In this document: piece after piece, positions 58,701 through 64,000 of the stretch
Layout of the letters: each line of letters starts with the position of its first letter
Numbering within the stretch: position 1 is the stretch's first letter
Source: Hamiltosporidium tvaerminnensis FI-OER-3-3
Taxonomy: Eukaryota; Fungi; Microsporidia
Direction of reading: 5' to 3'
NCBI GenBank assembly: GCA_022605425.2
Contig: JAKIMF020000011.1
Coordinates: forward strand, 372,001 to 436,000
Length of the DNA stretch: 64,000 nt
Program-made: the position numbers and the translations under genes
The notes under the pieces: model-generated
Databases searched by the model: none
What the model saw: only the letters and a program-made list of their open reading frames with translations
What the model was told of the DNA's origin: nothing

Positions 58701-60191
58701 AAAGTATAAAAATTCCGTGTTTTTTAAAATTAATCTAAAGTTACACATAATTTATTTAAATTTGAACTTTTGATTAAAATAAAAATGAAACTTAAAGGCT
58801 TAAAAATTTATCTTTGTTTAGTATGGCTGCGAAAGACACAAAACAACTATTATTTTATTAATGGTTTCGAAATTTGCGCGAGAATATACTTTCACATAGA
58901 TAATGTATGATGCCCTCAAAATAAAATGTTGCATTTTGCTCGATTCTTTGATTCAAAGAATCTTTTTATGCATAAATTTAGAGTTAGAACCACTTTTCTA
59001 AAATATAAAAAAGCAGCCATGTATTTAGTGTAATGAATTTAAAAATTTCAAGGTAACAATTTTATTTTTTTGTGTAGATTTAGAATATTCAGCTAAACCG
59101 AATATTAAAGATAGAATCGAAATTCAAAATTTACTATTTTTATAATAAATTTTCATAAAATAAAATAGAATTAACGATCGATAGAAGCCTAAGATAAATT
59201 TTTACTAAAATAAATTTTTAAAAACATATTGCTCAAATTTATACATTCACAACATGATTAAAAGAATTACTAGATAGTGTTTTTTAGAAGAAATATAAAA
59301 TTGTAGCTTTGTTAAACAAAAGCTTTATGACTGGTAATATATTCATCACATAAGATATTTTTGTAAAATTAAGCAAAAAATCTTTGGCAAAACGCCTTTA
59401 ATTTCCTGTTTTATTAAATTTTTCTGGTGCTAAAACATAAAAACTTAAAATAGACCTCAAAATTAAATATAATTTAGAATATTGCTTTAATTACTATATT
59501 TAGAGATAGCACACGTCTAACAAAATACCTTAGAAAAATCCATATTAAGTTGCAATTGCAATATCTATATTTCTTTGTAGTCCACTTGGCGTTTTCATTG
59601 AATCTGAATTTGGGTTTCAAAATTAAATAAAAAAACTATCATTCAAATATTGCATAATAACACTTAAACAATTAATTCTAAAGGTTTAAACAATCTAGCC
59701 TTATCGTTTGTTCTAATCACGCTAGATTTTTTGTTTATATCATAAATTTATAAATTGGTTCTTCGTATAGAACATTGATATTTTAAATAAGTTATTTATT
59801 AATTATTAATAATAACAAAATACTTTTTTTTCACATTGAATTAACAGATGCGCAATTTGTCATGTAAATATCAAAATATTTCTTAGCTCAAAAAATATAA
59901 CTGAAAGTATATAACAGTCAAAGAAAATTATTTGTTTGGTAAATTAGAATTATAACACGATATCAACCAATTTAATATCTTTAAAAATATGCCTACTTGT
60001 TTAACAATATTTTATAATGACTACAATTTTAAGAAAGCTGAATATTTGTTTTTTCAGCTTAATTTATATGTATATATTGTAAGATACCGCATGCAAATAT
60101 ACAAGGTGCACTTGTAAGTTTACATTACACAATTTTTGAAAAAGCACATGGTAACGCTTAAAGACTTAGAGTGGAGGCGCAAAATTACATT

Positions 60192-60423
60192 AGTGATAAT
60201 CTTATCGCGCCACTGTTCTAGACGAGCAATGAAATTTTTAGTAATATCGCCGACCGGTCTTTTTCCACTGGGCTTGTTTAATTTTTCAAGTTTCGTAGCA
60301 AGGTGGTTTTAAAAAGTGGGAAGGTAGCCCCACGCCTAACCCAATCCCGAGGACTAGTCTCTTTAGTCGTCTTTAACGACAATCAGAAAATATCTTGCCA
60401 ATTTTGCTTTCAGCATTGTGGGG
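60192..60423 (-). mobile_element. RTE-derived short non-autonomous element, copy B (232 bp, 11-bp TSD)
   Basis: AAAATTACATT at 60181-60191 and 60424-60434; colinear with copy A. Confidence 0.8.
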
Positions 60424-63400
60424 AAAATTACATTGATTTTTACTAGCACAAATCATTTTTGTTTAAAAATTTTATCTACTCATCTCTGTAAATCGATTAA
60501 AAATTTCAAAAACAAACAAAATTTTACTATCAATTTACTATTTCAACAAGTATATTTTTGGTTTTCAGTTTGTTATCATATTTCGTATAGAATAAAATCA
60601 AAGCAGGCGATGTTATATTATTAGGTTTGGATTTCAAGGCCAAGAATTACACATTTATCTTCTTTAATCTTCTTAATTGACAGAAAATAACTTGCCGAAG
60701 AACTGGAATTTTTTTTATGGAAACAGTACCTAAGCAAGGAGTTATACTTAATTCTAGACGCGTCTAAATACCAACTTTAAATATTTTGATAATTATGTAT
60801 ATATAGATCTAAATACATTTCTTACTCTGTAAGTAAAGATTAAGAGTATTTATATCAAATCATATGCACAGAGGAAACTTTTATATTCGTTAAACATAAT
60901 CGGAAACAGATAAATATATAGATTCAATTATACGAATTTAATTTATTAAGATTCGAACTAGGTCCGAATACAAAAAAAATAAATACGAATTAGATAAAAA
61001 GCTTCAATGATTGTGCATGTAAGATAAATTTTTAATATTCTTTTAGAAAAAAAATAAACTGGTGCATTATTATTCTTGCCTGATACAAATATATATTCCG
61101 AACAATTTTATAAAAATTAAAATCTACTAAATTAAGATATAAAAAACATAGTATTAAAGTTAATTTATTAAATTTTAGTTATAAAATGAAACCATGCTAT
61201 TTTTGGATATTATTTTGGTACAAAATCTTATATCCTGAAATATCATGAAGAAAATAGAAATCCAAAAGCCTTTCGAATCTTCAGTCTCTTAAAACAAAGA
61301 TTTTTGAAAATTTTAAAAGAGCGCTAAAATTATTTAGACATGATTAAGACAATAAAAAACAGATATGTAAGATTTTAAAATGAATTTTCATATTATCTAT
61401 TTCTTCATCTAAAATGAAAGCCATATTATATTTTGAAATTTTTACAATTATAGTTTTTGAAATACAAGAACAGTTTAAGATATAAAGTTTTCAGCCTTTT
61501 ATAACGATACTTATAATATAGATAATTTTCGAGCTAGTCTTTCATAACACACTGTCACATTTTTTCGGAAACAATCAATCGACTTCATAATTTTTGTAAT
61601 TAAGATTAACTCATTCGATATAATCTTATTCGCGTAGCATTTTTGCTTAAAAAAATAAAATTGATTATTTACAATGTATATTTTATGCCTGAACAAACAT
61701 TATCATCGAAATTCTATCTATCACATATATTTCTATCTTTTACAAACATAAAAATCCACTGTTGAGATTATTTCTTGCTTTTAAGCTGTACCCAATATCT
61801 TTGTTTTGTATTTATTTTACCCCAATGTCAATAATTAAAAAATAAGAGTATTCTAATGTATAAATGTATATTATAAAAAGACTTAAAGGTAAGCTTGAAA
61901 AACGACATCTCTACATTCATAAGAAAAAATGCCAAAAATAGTCTTAAAACCCATCATATAAGCTTTAATTCATTAACATTTCAATAAGAATTTGTTATTT
62001 TCACTCATCAGTTGCTCATATTGTTTTTTAGTAGCTCCTTTCCCAAAATTATCTGATTTGAAGAATTTCCCAACAAAAATTTAGGCTTTTTAACCAGCAA
62101 ATTTCGTTTCGTCCTTTAAATTTACTACAAATCTTTCAGAGCAATAATGGCTCGTCTTTAATATTCTTCTGTTCACTTTCTACATATGTTATTTATTCAG
62201 TCTAATTAATCGAAAAAATGTATTCTTATGAAAAGTGATATGTTTTTCGAAAAAAACAGTGTTTATCAATCATATTCTTATATGTTTATTGATTTATTGT
62301 ATCAATTCTTAGTAATTTTTCTAAAAAATATTTTTTTTGTCAAATATAAAGCACCACTAAGCTATTCGAGTAATACTTATATTGCACAAATATTATTACG
62401 AATACAAATAGAAGGCTCATAAGAACGAGAAATAAGTATCAATCTATCATACAATTTTTTTTTATCAAAGTGTAAATTCTTTAAAAAGAAACCCTAACAG
62501 GTTAAATCAATTTGTTTTTGTAAGTAAAACCGTTACAAAATCTAAAAAAAATTGTTGTGTTATGTTTGACAAATAATACAATGCAAAGAGAATTTATTAA
62601 TTTAGTTCAAATATTTCTATCAATCAATAAAAGCTTTTTAATAGTTTTAGATTCAGACTACTAACTATTATTGTTTGTTTAAGATTTATGAACAAATAGA
62701 AAAAGCTATATTCAAATTAATGCCTTATTATCGGTGTATTGGTATGTTTTAAAAGATTAAAAATTTTGAGGAAAGTCATCATCGAAACATCACTGAATTA
62801 TATAAATTATATTCGTTTTTCTCCTGTACATATCAAAAACTTTTAACAAATGAAAATTTTTTAGCTTTTATAGCTACCCTTCTACAAGTATGTTTTTCTT
62901 TCTATGTCAAGGTAAGTGCATACTATAAATTTAGAGTAGAAATATTTTCGATCATAAAATGAGGTAAAAATCAAACAAACCTTAAAATTTTAAGTCTTAT
63001 AACTCTTTGAAGATTCTTATAACCTACAAAACTATTTTATTGATTGCAGAACTTTAGATTCGAAATTTATTATTTTTATATTTACTTTTACCGTACATTT
63101 CTATTTTTGGAAATTACAATCTCAATGTTCAGTATGCAAATAATAAAAATGAACCATTGCATAAAAATATATAGTGTTACTCTTTTGCTACGACATAATA
63201 AATGTAAAAAAGTCGAATTAATAAAGGAAAACCCTTTAATATGTTTTCTAAAGTATTTTTTTTTTGCTTTCGAGCTAGTATCATTTAGTGCAACTAAGTT
63301 TTAAGAAAGAACTTATATTTTCAGTATCTACAGTAAAGACATATTTTTCGTATTACTTTCAAAGGGGAATTCTAACTTTTTCTTATTGGTGTGTAAGAGA

Positions 63401-64000
63401 AGTGCGTATCTCTGGTATAGATAGACTTTATGCGAATCGATAACCTTCTTTTACAATGATTAATTTTTAGATTTTTTAGTCATTGAAAATAAACTTTAGA
63501 TATAAAACACCCTACAGTATTAGAACATAGAATTAGTTAATTTCTAAATAGAAACATTGCTAAACTTTCTATTGGGTTATCCAATGGAATATATGAAAAC
63601 AAATGTAAGATTGCTCTAAATTGTTCCTTGATCTATGGAACAAACCTAAATATGAAATTCAAATCAGCTCTGGATATGTTGTTAAGATAATTTAATTTTG
63701 ACATAATAAGAAAGTTTTACGTTGTGTCAGTTACAGTGTTTTGGGTTAAATCCTTCACGCAGGGTATAGAACCCTCGTCTCGAAAGTATACCATTAAATG
63801 CTTAGTGTTAAATTATAAGTATTTGGTGAAAGAATAAATAAGATTGCTTTAATATATAGTATAAAAGCAAATGATGGCACAAACGAACTAGAAATTCGGC
63901 CTTAAGAGGGATTTGTAGCAATAGATCAATATTATAAAATTTTTCAATCAAGTAGTCTACTGTCTAAGCTGTCTAAAGATTGTAATATATCTTTTAATAA

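Overview
Very AT-rich, gene-sparse, intron-free eukaryotic DNA from a microsporidian. Evidence: CCC-like motifs just before start codons, a compact class IV chitin synthase and LRR gene expansions; composition resembles the large-genome Hamiltosporidium type (inference). Intact genes are NAD kinase, two paralogous ~835-aa LRR proteins, two paralogous secreted P/Q/S-rich proteins, chitin synthase, a PKA catalytic subunit and a PITH-domain protein. Mobile DNA comprises a defective DD34E Tc1-like transposon with repeat-built TIRs, a near full-length decayed RTE-clade LINE, two ~230-bp RTE-derived 5'+3' mini-elements, a probable RLE-LINE 3' relic, and three copies (plus two related heads) of an unclassified ~740-nt highly structured non-coding retroposon. 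Most notable: (1) in the housekeeping cluster (35.4-42.4 kb) spacers, and insertions inside ORFs, consist of telomere-like GGGTGTTA/GGGTTA arrays arranged head-to-head around a sharp G-to-C switch, with repeat units copied from neighbouring gene ends; (2) the structured retroposon; (3) the RTE LINE/mini-element pair. All alignments and folds were done by eye.
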